DNA from: a virus
Taxonomy: Duplodnaviria; Caudoviricetes
Strand: one strand, 5' to 3'
DNA: 58,410 nucleotides
Virus record (IMG/VR): IMGVR_UViG_3300036790_000260
Span: 1 to 58,410 of that record
Positions 1 to 8,473 of the stretch are shown here, in pieces. Every line of letters begins with the position of its first letter. The stretch's first letter is position 1. The notes under the pieces are model-generated. The model saw only the letters and a program-made list of their open reading frames with translations. It was not told the DNA's origin and did not search any database. Both the position numbers and the translations under genes were made by a program.

Positions 1-112
1 GGGGGCGCCTTCATCGAGCCGGAGCCGAAGCTGCGCTCCCTGACCGACACGGACCACATGGTGTCGCTGAAGATCGGCGGCGAGTGGAAGCACTCCATAG
101 CGATCGACTACT
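1..112. repeat. Terminal direct repeat, left copy (circular assembly overlap)
   Basis: 1-112 is identical to 58299-58410; an ORF reads continuously across the junction. Confidence 0.95.
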
Positions 113-131
113 GAGCGGAAGGTCAGGACGC

Positions 132-160
132 GCCCCCCGGGATCTCCCGGGGGCTTTCTT
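132..160 (+). terminator. Rho-independent terminator
   Basis: GC hairpin GCCCCCCGGGA-TC-TCCCGGGGGC followed by TTTCTT, just after the junction-spanning gene stop at 112-114. Confidence 0.7.
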
Positions 161-265
161 CACGCCCCCACATGCATCGGTAGCAAAGCTAACTATATGC
201 GGACGAATCCCCACCACCCCACACCACGCGCCCCCGCATCGCTTCCGTAAAACCGTCAACGCCCG

Positions 266-296
266 TACCATGCGATCAACCGTCCGTTTAACGGAC
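266..296 (+). promoter_or_regulatory. Putative late-operon promoter -10 (TACCAT) and palindromic operator
   Basis: TACCAT at 266-271; inverted repeat GTCCGTT-T-AACGGAC at 282-296 upstream of the structural operon. Confidence 0.4.
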
Positions 297-327
297 ATGC
301 GCGCCCGGTGCGTGGAACAAACGGGAG

Positions 328-603
328 GTGGACGTCATCGCAGCGACAACCACCACCCCAACCCGCACCCAACCCGCCAACCCCCCCTGGCGACGGGCGC
401 GCAAAGCCTTCGGGACAGCGGTGACCCGAAGCACGACGATGGCCAGCGCGGCGAGGCACCGACTACGGCGCCCCGCACTGGTCATCGGCGGCCTCGGCTG
501 CACCGACGCCTCCGCGTGGCACACCTTCGGCCTCGGCGCCGGACTCCTCGCACTCGGCATCAGCCTCTGGATCTTCGAACTCATCGCCGAAGACGACCAG
601 TGA
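328..603 (+). CDS. Small membrane protein preceding portal
   Basis: Hydrophobic C-terminal half; stop overlaps portal GTG. Confidence 0.65.
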   Translation: MDVIAATTTTPTRTQPANPPWRRARKAFGTAVTRSTTMASAARHRLRRPALVIGGLGCTDASAWHTFGLGAGLLALGISLWIFELIAEDDQ

Positions 604-2876
604 AGTCGCCCCTCGGCACGCTCCTACGCCTACGCAACCAGACGAAACCCCCCATCCCCCTCGACAACGGCCGCGCCTTCGGCCGCGGACTCGCCTTCAA
701 CCTCGGCAACGGACGCCAAGACGCCGAAACCTTCATGCGGCAATACGGCATCTCAGGCACCGTATTCGGCATCGTCTCCCTACTCGCCGAATCCACCGCG
801 ACACCCCCCTGGCACCTGTACAAGAAACAGCCGGTCGACGGACGACGCCGCTACACCACCGGCGACCAAGGCTCCGACCAGCGCATCGAAGTCGTTCAAC
901 ACGCCGCGATCCAACTCGTCAACTCACCCAACAGCTTTCACAGCGCCTTCGAGTTCCGGGAAGGCAGCCAGCAGCACGAAGAACTCACCGGGGAAACCTT
1001 CTGGGTCCTCGACATGGAAGCCGGATTCCCCACCTCCATGTGGTACGTCCGCCCCGACCGCATGGAACCCATCCCCGACCCGGAACTGTTCCTCACCGGC
1101 TGGATCTACACCGGCCCCACCGGCGAGCAGGTCCCCCTGCGCGCCGACGAAGTGATCCTCGAGAAGCGCCCCGACCCCCTCGACCCGTACCGCGGCGCGG
1201 GCCCGGTCGCGTCGATCCTGCCGAACATCCAGCAGCAGCGGTACGCCACCGAATACCAGCGGAACCTGTTCCTCAACGGCGCCGACCCGGGCGGCGTCAT
1301 CACCGTCCCGAACCGGCTCGACGACGCCGCGTTCGACGAACTCATCGACCGGTGGCGCCAGTCGCACCGCGGTATCGCCCGCGCCGGCCACGTCGGGGTC
1401 CTCGAGGGCGGCGCGCAGTGGGAAGCGAACGCGCACACCAACAAAGACATGGAGTACGGGCAGCTCAGGCTCGCCAACCGCGACGAGCTGCGCGAGGCGT
1501 GGCGCATCCACAAGTCCATGATGGGCACGGCCGACGACGTGAACCGCGCGAACGCGCAGACCGCGCAGGAAGTGTTCACGGCTTGGCAGATCCTGCCGCG
1601 CCTCAACCGCAGGCGCGACACCCTGAACACGAAGCTCCTGCCGCTGTTCAACCGCGCCGACCGCACCCTCGAGTTCGACTACGAGGACCCGTCCCCGATC
1701 AACGCGGAGACCGCGGCGCAGGAACTCCTCGGCAAAGCCCAAGCCGCACAGGCCCTGGTCGCCGCCGGATACGACCAGGGCGATGTCCTGGAGACGGTCG
1801 GGCTGCCGGACATGGCCGTCGCGGAGAAGCCCACCCAGGCCCCGGCGCTCCCGCCGGGATGGGTCCCGGGCACACCGCCCGGCGCACCGCCGGCCGCGAG
1901 TCCGGCTCCGGGCCCGCAGGAGGGCGACGCGCAGCCGGGGCAGCCCGGCAACCGGGTGCGCCCCGTCACCACCATCCGCTTCGCCGCGCCGGCGCAGCCG
2001 GACCAGGACCTCGCGCAAGTCGACCAGCAGTGGAAGACCGCCGTCACCGCCCTCACCGCCGCATACCTCGCACACATCATCCCCGCACAACGCCAGGAAC
2101 TCCTCGGCCAGATCCGGCGCCTGCTCGACACTGGGAACACCGCCGGGCTCGCCGCGCTCACCGTGAACTCCGCAGCCGGCGCCGCCCTCATCCTCGACGC
2201 GATGACCTCCATGGCGCAGACCGCCGCGAAGACCGCCGCGGCGCAAGCCGCCAGGCAGGGCGCGACCGGCGTCAACCCGCGCCAGCCCGACCCCGCCACC
2301 GTGAACCGCATCGCCGCCACCACCGCGGCCCTGCAAGCCGCGCAACTCGCCCTGTCCGCCGGCAGCGAGGCATCACGCGTCGCCGCCCCCGGCGCCACCG
2401 GGCAGCAGGTCGCCGAGAAAGTCCAGGCGTTCCTCGAGACGCTGACCGACCCGTCGCTGACCGGCCGGCTCCCGGGCGCGCTGTCGGCCGCGCAGAACAC
2501 CGCGCGCATCGCCACGTTCACCGCGGGGCCGCGCTGCGAGCTCGCGGCCAGCGAACTGCACGACACCAACTCGTGCGACCCCTGCGACGAGATCGACGGG
2601 CATGTCTTCGGGTACTCCGACGACCCCGGCGCCGTCGCCGCCGCCCAGGCCGCGTACCCGGCCGGCGGGTACATCGCGTGCGACGGCGGCGACCGGTGCC
2701 GCGGCACCGTCATGGCCGACTACGCCCCCGCAGCGACCACCGTGCCGGCCGCGGCGTGGAGCTCGCCGCTGGTGGACGCGCGGCCGTTGCCGACGCTCCC
2801 GGAGCGCGACTTCAAGCCGGTCGCCCAGTTCCTGCTCCACTCGCTCAACGGCCACTCCCGAGGAGCCAGCGTATGA
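600..2876 (+). CDS. HK97-family portal protein fused to C-terminal MuF-like (minor head) domain
   Basis: Portal motifs (GETFW, RPDRM, PLDPYRGAGP, FLNGADPGG); Pro-rich linker; C-terminal CDPCDEIDG...CDGGDRCRG; GTG start at 600 coupled to upstream stop. Confidence 0.88.
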   Translation: MKSPLGTLLRLRNQTKPPIPLDNGRAFGRGLAFNLGNGRQDAETFMRQYGISGTVFGIVSLLAESTATPPWHLYKKQPVDGRRRYTTGDQGSDQRIEVVQHAAIQLVNSPNSFHSAFEFREGSQQHEELTGETFWVLDMEAGFPTSMWYVRPDRMEPIPDPELFLTGWIYTGPTGEQVPLRADEVILEKRPDPLDPYRGAGPVASILPNIQQQRYATEYQRNLFLNGADPGGVITVPNRLDDAAFDELIDRWRQSHRGIARAGHVGVLEGGAQWEANAHTNKDMEYGQLRLANRDELREAWRIHKSMMGTADDVNRANAQTAQEVFTAWQILPRLNRRRDTLNTKLLPLFNRADRTLEFDYEDPSPINAETAAQELLGKAQAAQALVAAGYDQGDVLETVGLPDMAVAEKPTQAPALPPGWVPGTPPGAPPAASPAPGPQEGDAQPGQPGNRVRPVTTIRFAAPAQPDQDLAQVDQQWKTAVTALTAAYLAHIIPAQRQELLGQIRRLLDTGNTAGLAALTVNSAAGAALILDAMTSMAQTAAKTAAAQAARQGATGVNPRQPDPATVNRIAATTAALQAAQLALSAGSEASRVAAPGATGQQVAEKVQAFLETLTDPSLTGRLPGALSAAQNTARIATFTAGPRCELAASELHDTNSCDPCDEIDGHVFGYSDDPGAVAAAQAAYPAGGYIACDGGDRCRGTVMADYAPAATTVPAAAWSSPLVDARPLPTLPERDFKPVAQFLLHSLNGHSRGASV

Positions 2877-4150
2877 ATCCCAATGAGCTGCGGGCGCGCT
2901 TCCGGAACCTGGTGTCCGCGAAACCGCGCCCGTGGTACCGCGTGGCCAACCAGGCCGCCGGCCCGACGCAGATCCACATCTACAACGACATCGGGCTCGG
3001 CGGCATGACCGCCGAGGACCTCGTAGACGACCTCTCGAAGATCAACGGGCCGGTGGAGCTGCGCCTGAACTCCGGCGGAGGCGAGATCTTCGAGGGCATC
3101 GCGATCTACAACGCCCTGTGCGCACGGGACGTCGCCGTCTATATCGACGGTCTCGCCGGGTCGGCCGCGTCGTTCATCGCGATGGCCGCCAGTCCCGGGA
3201 AGCTGTTCATGGCGAAGACCGCCACGATGATGATCCACGACGGTCAGGCCATCGCGATGGGCAACGCCTCCGAACTCACCTCCATGGTGAACGTCCTGGA
3301 GCGCGAATCGCAGAAGATCGCCGCGATCTACGCCGACCGGTCCGGCAAGGACGCCGCCTATTTCCGGGGCAAGATGCAGGCCGAGACCTGGTACAACGCG
3401 GAGGAAGCCCTCGCTGAGGGCCTGATCGATGTGATCTTCGATCCGCGCACGGGCCAAGACGCCGCAACCCCGGCGCGCGCTGCGGCCGCCGCGGCGCCCG
3501 GCGTCCTGGTCAACGCCGCCACCAAGGCCACCCCCGCGCCCCCCGAAGGCGACACCCCCATCGGCGACGGCTGGGTCACCGGCGCCGACGGCAACGACCG
3601 GTACGACCCCGACGGCAACGGCGACGACGACTCCACCGCCGCAGGCGACACCGACAACTCCCACCACGACGCCGACGGCAAACAGACCAAGGTCATCCCG
3701 CCCAAGCCGAAGAAGAAGACCGCGGAACCGGCCGACGGCACTCCGGTGGTCGTGCAAGACACCCCCGTCACCCCGGTCCTGAACGCGGCGTCCGTCGACA
3801 CCTCCGACTGGGACGCCGCCAAGGCCTGGCACAACGGCTCCGAAGCCGACGACCCCGCAGCGTTCTACGGCGGAATCTGCGCCGGAAAGAAGTCCGGCGA
3901 CCCGTCCACGCAGGCCGCGTGGGCACTGCCGTACAAATACACCCCCTCCTCGCCGCCCAACGCGGCCGGGGTGCGCAACGCGCTCGCACGCCTGTCCCAA
4001 ACCCAGGGCCTCATCAACAAGACCGAGGCCGGCGACACGCTCGAAGCCGCGATGAGGAAGGTCAACCCGGACTACAAGCCCGGCGACCAGGTAGAGCCCG
4101 GCCTGCTGTCCGCAGTGCTGACCGAACTTGTGAGAGGTGGCAGCAGATGA
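2873..4150 (+). CDS. ClpP-like prohead protease with extended C-terminal domains
   Basis: LNSGGGEIFEG, IDGLAGSAASFIAMA, MMIHD, ETWYNAEEA; ATGA overlap with portal. Confidence 0.9.
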   Translation: MNPNELRARFRNLVSAKPRPWYRVANQAAGPTQIHIYNDIGLGGMTAEDLVDDLSKINGPVELRLNSGGGEIFEGIAIYNALCARDVAVYIDGLAGSAASFIAMAASPGKLFMAKTATMMIHDGQAIAMGNASELTSMVNVLERESQKIAAIYADRSGKDAAYFRGKMQAETWYNAEEALAEGLIDVIFDPRTGQDAATPARAAAAAAPGVLVNAATKATPAPPEGDTPIGDGWVTGADGNDRYDPDGNGDDDSTAAGDTDNSHHDADGKQTKVIPPKPKKKTAEPADGTPVVVQDTPVTPVLNAASVDTSDWDAAKAWHNGSEADDPAAFYGGICAGKKSGDPSTQAAWALPYKYTPSSPPNAAGVRNALARLSQTQGLINKTEAGDTLEAAMRKVNPDYKPGDQVEPGLLSAVLTELVRGGSR

Positions 4151-5580
4151 GCCCGACGATGAAAGTCCCGACCGACTCAGCCGGGATCATGGAACTGCTC
4201 AACGACGAGAAGGCGCTCCAGGCGCGGTTCACCGAGCAGGCGGTGAAGAACGGCGACACCAAGGAATTCCTCGACGCCTACGCCAAGATGTACGTCAAGA
4301 ACAACGCCGGCGCCGTCGACGAAGTCCGCGACCAGGTCCAGTCCGTGATCTTCGATCTCGTGCGCGACAACGGCGCCAAGCGCGGCCCCAAGCTCGGCGT
4401 CAGCATGGGCAACGGCGGCCCCGAACTCACCGTCGACGGACAGGCCCGCGTCTCCAAGGGCCGCGGCGCCGTCTACAACAAGGCCTCGGCCGGCGCGCAG
4501 CTCGAACGGGCGTACAAGCCCGTCGACCGGTTCAACTCGGTCGGCGAATACTGCAAGGCGATCTTCGAGCTGCGGTCGCCGTCCACGCGCTCGGACCGCG
4601 AGGAGATCATCCGGAAGCTCGACAACGTCCGGACGTTCCAGAACTCGTTCTCCTCCGAAGAGCCCGGCGCCGGCGGCTTCCTCATCCCGGAGATCATGCG
4701 GTCCGAGCTGTTCCAGCTCGCCCTCGAGGAGTCGATCGTCCGCAACCGGGCGACCGTCATCCCCATGTCCACGCTGCGCGTCCCGATCCCCACCGTCGAC
4801 GACACCTCCCACGCCACCAGCGTGTTCGGCGGCATCGTCTTCTACTGGACCGAAGAAGCAGCCGCGATGACCGAGTCGCAGGCCACGTTCGGCCGCGTCA
4901 CCCTCGATGCCAAGAAGTTGACAGGGTTCTTTAAAGTCCCGGCCGAGCTCCTCGACGACGCACCCGCGTTCGGCGCCTGGTTCGACGAGCGCGTCCCCGC
5001 CGGCCTCGCATGGTTCGAAGACATCTCGTTCATGACCGAGACCGGCGCGGGAACCCCGCAGGGGTTCATCAACTGCCCCGCGTCCATCGCCGTCACGAAG
5101 CAGTCCGGGCAGACCACCGGCACCATCGTGTGGGAGAACATCGTCGGCATGTACTCCCGCATGCTCCCCACGTCGCTCAAGAACGCCGTGTGGATCTGCT
5201 CCATCGACACCTTCCCTCAGTTGGCCACGATGGCGCTGTCGGTGGGTACCGGCGGCGGACCGGTCTGGATCGGCGGCTGGTCGCAGCCCGGCTCCGAGAT
5301 GCCCCCGATGACGATCCTCGGGCGCCCGGTGATCTTCACCGAGAAGTGCCCGGCCCTCAGCACGACCGGAGACATCAACTTCGTCGACCTCTCCTACTAC
5401 CTCATCGGCGACCGCCAGCAGGTGCGAGTCGACTCCAGTGAGCACTTCCTCTTCCAGAATAACCAAGTTGCTTATCGTTTGATCAGTCGCGTCGACGGCC
5501 GTCCGTGGCTGAACAGCGCTCTGACCCCGCACAACAACGGACCCTCTTTGAGTCCGTTCGTTCAATTGCAGACTCGGTAA
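4147..5580 (+). CDS. Major capsid protein (HK97 fold)
   Basis: GGFLIPE, WTEEA, AKKLTG, TILGRPVIFTE, YLIGDRQ, RVDGRP; follows the protease. Confidence 0.93.
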   Translation: MSPTMKVPTDSAGIMELLNDEKALQARFTEQAVKNGDTKEFLDAYAKMYVKNNAGAVDEVRDQVQSVIFDLVRDNGAKRGPKLGVSMGNGGPELTVDGQARVSKGRGAVYNKASAGAQLERAYKPVDRFNSVGEYCKAIFELRSPSTRSDREEIIRKLDNVRTFQNSFSSEEPGAGGFLIPEIMRSELFQLALEESIVRNRATVIPMSTLRVPIPTVDDTSHATSVFGGIVFYWTEEAAAMTESQATFGRVTLDAKKLTGFFKVPAELLDDAPAFGAWFDERVPAGLAWFEDISFMTETGAGTPQGFINCPASIAVTKQSGQTTGTIVWENIVGMYSRMLPTSLKNAVWICSIDTFPQLATMALSVGTGGGPVWIGGWSQPGSEMPPMTILGRPVIFTEKCPALSTTGDINFVDLSYYLIGDRQQVRVDSSEHFLFQNNQVAYRLISRVDGRPWLNSALTPHNNGPSLSPFVQLQTR

Positions 5581-5631
5581 GCCGCTTTCGCGCTCCGAAA
5601 CCCGCGCGGAATCTTCTAGAAGGAGTAGAGC

Positions 5632-5919
5632 GTGAAGCAGCGGCAGATCCAGATGGCCGAGATCACCCCGAAGCTGGTGCGGGAGGCCTTGAAGAAGGGC
5701 GAGCGCATCATCGTGTTCGAGGGTGGTGAGCCGGTGGCGCTGGTGAGCGGGGCGTCGGCGGAGCTCGCGCGGCACCGGGATTTCTTCGTGCACTACCCGC
5801 ATGACGCGTCGGAGTGCTTCGGCACCTGTTGGCGGCACGACGGTGCGGCGGAGAAGGACGGTGCGGCGTCTCCCGACGCCGTGGCCGAGGAGCTCGTGCC
5901 GGAGGGTGCGGGCGTCTGA
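5632..5919 (+). CDS. Hypothetical protein, weak Phd/YefM antitoxin-like N-terminus
   Basis: AGGAG RBS; GERIIVFEGGEPVALV resembles the Phd GE.I.IT..G.PVA.LV pattern. Confidence 0.5.
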   Translation: MKQRQIQMAEITPKLVREALKKGERIIVFEGGEPVALVSGASAELARHRDFFVHYPHDASECFGTCWRHDGAAEKDGAASPDAVAEELVPEGAGV

Positions 5920-6037
5920 TCCAGCTAGGGGCGCGCCCCGGCCGTAATCCTGCGGTTGGGCCACACGCCCCGAGTGAGCAACCCGGCAGTGACGCCCCGG
6001 GCCAAGACCAGAGTCGAGTTCCAGGAGGTGGCCAGCC

Positions 6038-6463
6038 ATGGCTGGTATGAGGGGTCTAGGGCGCGCCTACGACGTCGCGCCGATCGCGAGCGGGCAGTAC
6101 ATCAGCATGCGCCAGTGCTCGGCGGTGGCTTTCATCTGCACCGGCGCCGACACGTTCACTGTCCGGGAGGCGAAGACCAGTTCCGGCGGCAGCGTGCAGA
6201 ACCTGGGAAACGTGATCTCGCAGTACTACCAGAACACGGCCACGAACGGCACTGCCGGGTGGACGACGGTGACGCAGGCTGCCGGATTCGCGGTGACGCA
6301 GGCGGGCGCGTACACGACGGTCATCGAGGTGCTGGCGCCGATGCTGGACGACGGCTTCGACTACGTCTACTGCCATGCCGCGTCGGCGGGCCTGGTGATC
6401 GCGCTGCCGCATGATCTGACGGTGCAGCGCAAGCCGGACAACCTCACGATCCTGGTGGCGTGA
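6038..6463 (+). CDS. Putative capsid-associated (decoration) protein
   Basis: Strong RBS AGGAGG; beta-rich; position after capsid. Confidence 0.6.
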   Translation: MAGMRGLGRAYDVAPIASGQYISMRQCSAVAFICTGADTFTVREAKTSSGGSVQNLGNVISQYYQNTATNGTAGWTTVTQAAGFAVTQAGAYTTVIEVLAPMLDDGFDYVYCHAASAGLVIALPHDLTVQRKPDNLTILVA

Positions 6464-6464
6464 A

Positions 6465-6944
6465 ATGCCCGACTTCATTCAGGGTTCGCAGCTGCGCAGG
6501 CTGGCGCTCGGCAGTCAGGTCATCAACGGGCCGTTCACGCCGCCGGCTTCCGGGTCGTCTTCGACGCTGTTCACCGTGGCGGGAGGGGCGGTGCTCGTCA
6601 CCTCTCTCCTGGGCAGGGTGACGACGGCGCTTTCGGGCACGACGGGTGCGATCTCGCTCGGGTCGCATCCCACCGTGGGTACCGATGAGCCTGCGGGTAT
6701 CGCGACCGCCGGGGTGGTCGGGGGCGCGGAGATCGGCACGTGGGTCGGTCCGGTCGCCGCGTCCACCGGGTTGGCGGGCGCGCTGACGGCGAACATCGTG
6801 GCGGGCAACACGGTGTATGCCACTGCTCCGTTCGTGGTGAATGCGGGCACGATCGAGGTGAAGACCACAGTGGCGACCATGACGGGCGCTATCACGTGGT
6901 ATCTGACGTATGTTCCGTTGGATACGGGGGCATCTGTCTCGTGA
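6465..6944 (+). CDS. Virion structural protein (beta-sandwich)
   Basis: G/T/A-rich; paralogous to the next gene. Confidence 0.65.
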   Translation: MPDFIQGSQLRRLALGSQVINGPFTPPASGSSSTLFTVAGGAVLVTSLLGRVTTALSGTTGAISLGSHPTVGTDEPAGIATAGVVGGAEIGTWVGPVAASTGLAGALTANIVAGNTVYATAPFVVNAGTIEVKTTVATMTGAITWYLTYVPLDTGASVS

Positions 6945-7285
6945 CCTGCGAATGCGTGGTACAGCGCGCTGCGGCGGATCTTCCGCAGTCCACCACCGAG
7001 ACGCTATTCACCGTCTCGGGGGGCAATGTGCTCCTGAAGGCTTTGATCGCCACGGTGACGGCCGATGTCGAGTCTTCTGACGGCGATGAGTCCACCGTGT
7101 CGCCGAGCCTTGGCGGTTCATTCTCTTTCGAGAGCGATGTGGCTGGCACGATCCGCGTGGGGATGACCCACGCTGTGACTGCATCGGATGTCACGTGGGA
7201 TTACAGTCCGTCCCTGACGGGTCAGGTGCGGTGGACGCTGGTGTACGTCGCGTTGGATCCTGGCGCATTCGTGGCTGCGGCCTGA
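6941..7285 (+). CDS. Paralog of preceding structural protein
   Basis: TLFTVSGGNVLL vs TLFTVAGGAVLV; WTLVYVALDPGA vs WYLTYVPLDTGA; GTGA overlap. Confidence 0.65.
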   Translation: MTCECVVQRAAADLPQSTTETLFTVSGGNVLLKALIATVTADVESSDGDESTVSPSLGGSFSFESDVAGTIRVGMTHAVTASDVTWDYSPSLTGQVRWTLVYVALDPGAFVAAA

Positions 7286-7293
7286 GAGAGGGG

Positions 7294-7707
7294 TTGGCGG
7301 CGGTGTGGGATTGCGTCAAGTGCGGCTGCAAGTGCATCGCCGCTGGTCTCGATGTGTGTCCGATGTGTTTTAGGGAGCGTGGAATGCCGAAGTCGACAGT
7401 GGGTGGAGCGTCGAACGCGTGGGAGCAGCCGGACCCTGAGCCGGAGGCGCCGCCGGTCGTGGCGGCCGCTCCGGAGCCGGATGTGGAACCGCAGGCCAGC
7501 GCGCCGGAGAGCGCGCCGGAGTCCGACGCGGCCCCGGACGCGCAGCCCGAGCCGGAAGCCGAGCCCGAGCCCGAGGCGGACGCGGCACCCGCGTCCGCAC
7601 CGAAGGCCGCGTCCAGGCGCGCGGCCAAGAAGACCACCGCAGCCGCGAGCGCCCCGGAGCTCGACGCCCCGGCGACGCCCGCGGTACAGGAAGGCGAGAC
7701 ACCGTGA
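7294..7707 (+). CDS. Zinc-ribbon protein with Pro/Glu/Ala-rich tail
   Basis: CVKC...CPMC then low-complexity PEPEA region; start uncertain (7294 TTG or 7303 GTG). Confidence 0.6.
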   Translation: MAAVWDCVKCGCKCIAAGLDVCPMCFRERGMPKSTVGGASNAWEQPDPEPEAPPVVAAAPEPDVEPQASAPESAPESDAAPDAQPEPEAEPEPEADAAPASAPKAASRRAAKKTTAAASAPELDAPATPAVQEGETP

Positions 7708-7946
7708 CCGAGACAACCCCCGAGACCACCGCCGCGCCGGTTCCGGCGTCCTCCGTCAGCCCGACGCCGCGCCCGACCGTCACCCCCGGCGACTGGTCGG
7801 AAGACGTGATCGGGTTCGTCGCGCGCGAGTACAACGCGATGGTCGGCGAGATCGAGAAGCTGTCCGCGCACATCCTGCACCTCGGCGGCGACCCGAAGGA
7901 CGCGGTCGCGCCGGCCGAGGCCGAGGCTCCCGCCAAGCAGGAGTAG
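7704..7946 (+). CDS. Hypothetical protein
   Basis: GTGA-coupled ORF with GC3-biased codons. Confidence 0.6.
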   Translation: MTETTPETTAAPVPASSVSPTPRPTVTPGDWSEDVIGFVAREYNAMVGEIEKLSAHILHLGGDPKDAVAPAEAEAPAKQE

Positions 7947-7949
7947 TCC

Positions 7950-8168
7950 ATGGCCGGGGGTGGGGTGACCGGCTGGGACCTCTACAGCACGCTGGTGCAG
8001 CAGTCGGAGTACATCACCTACTACAAGTCGCAGCCGCCCACGAACTGCCCTTTCGACGGGGAACCGTTGCGGATCGGTCCGGCGACGACGCCGGGGATCT
8101 TGTACTGCCCGTGGGGTAACTTCCAGTACCCGCGTGATTGGGATCCTGAGACGATGTCAGGCATGTGA
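7950..8168 (+). CDS. Small Cys-containing head-region protein
   Basis: PPTNCPFDGEPL...LYCP; RBS upstream. Confidence 0.65.
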   Translation: MAGGGVTGWDLYSTLVQQSEYITYYKSQPPTNCPFDGEPLRIGPATTPGILYCPWGNFQYPRDWDPETMSGM

Positions 8169-8187
8169 TCATGGAGGAGGATCGAGG

Positions 8188-8469
8188 ATGACTGTCACCC
8201 GGCCGACGACGGCCGTCGACGCGAACGTGGCGTCGAGCGGTACGAACACGACGTTGTTCGCCGCGGCGTCCGGCGCGAACGGTCGTACGATCTTCAACGA
8301 CTCCACCGCGGTCCTGTACGTCAAGTTCGGGGCGACCGCCTCCACCACCTCCTACACCGTGCAGATGGCCGCGGGCGCCTACTACGAGTTCCCGCAGCCG
8401 ACCTTCGCGGGTCAGGTCGACGGGATCTGGGCGTCGGCCAACGGGTCCGCGCGAACGACGGCGTGGTGA
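8188..8469 (+). CDS. Small beta-rich virion protein (possible spike adaptor)
   Basis: RBS GGAGGAGG; RTIFNDSTAVLYVKFG...YYEFP. Confidence 0.65.
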   Translation: MTVTRPTTAVDANVASSGTNTTLFAAASGANGRTIFNDSTAVLYVKFGATASTTSYTVQMAAGAYYEFPQPTFAGQVDGIWASANGSARTTAW

Positions 8470-8473
8470 TCTG

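Noticed and set aside
1-112. Terminal repeat as a physical phage DTR
   Set aside because: It falls in the middle of a gene and is best explained as assembler overlap of a circular or permuted genome; read data would be needed to say otherwise.
84-599. N-terminal extension of the 930-aa portal ORF (and similar extensions at 1040, 3919, 10008, 23338, 25796-27802)
   Set aside because: Arg/Pro-rich shadow translation typical of high GC; real starts are at coupled codons with RBS.
7430-7700. GAGCCG-type tandem repeats
   Set aside because: Simply encode a low-complexity PEPEA linker.
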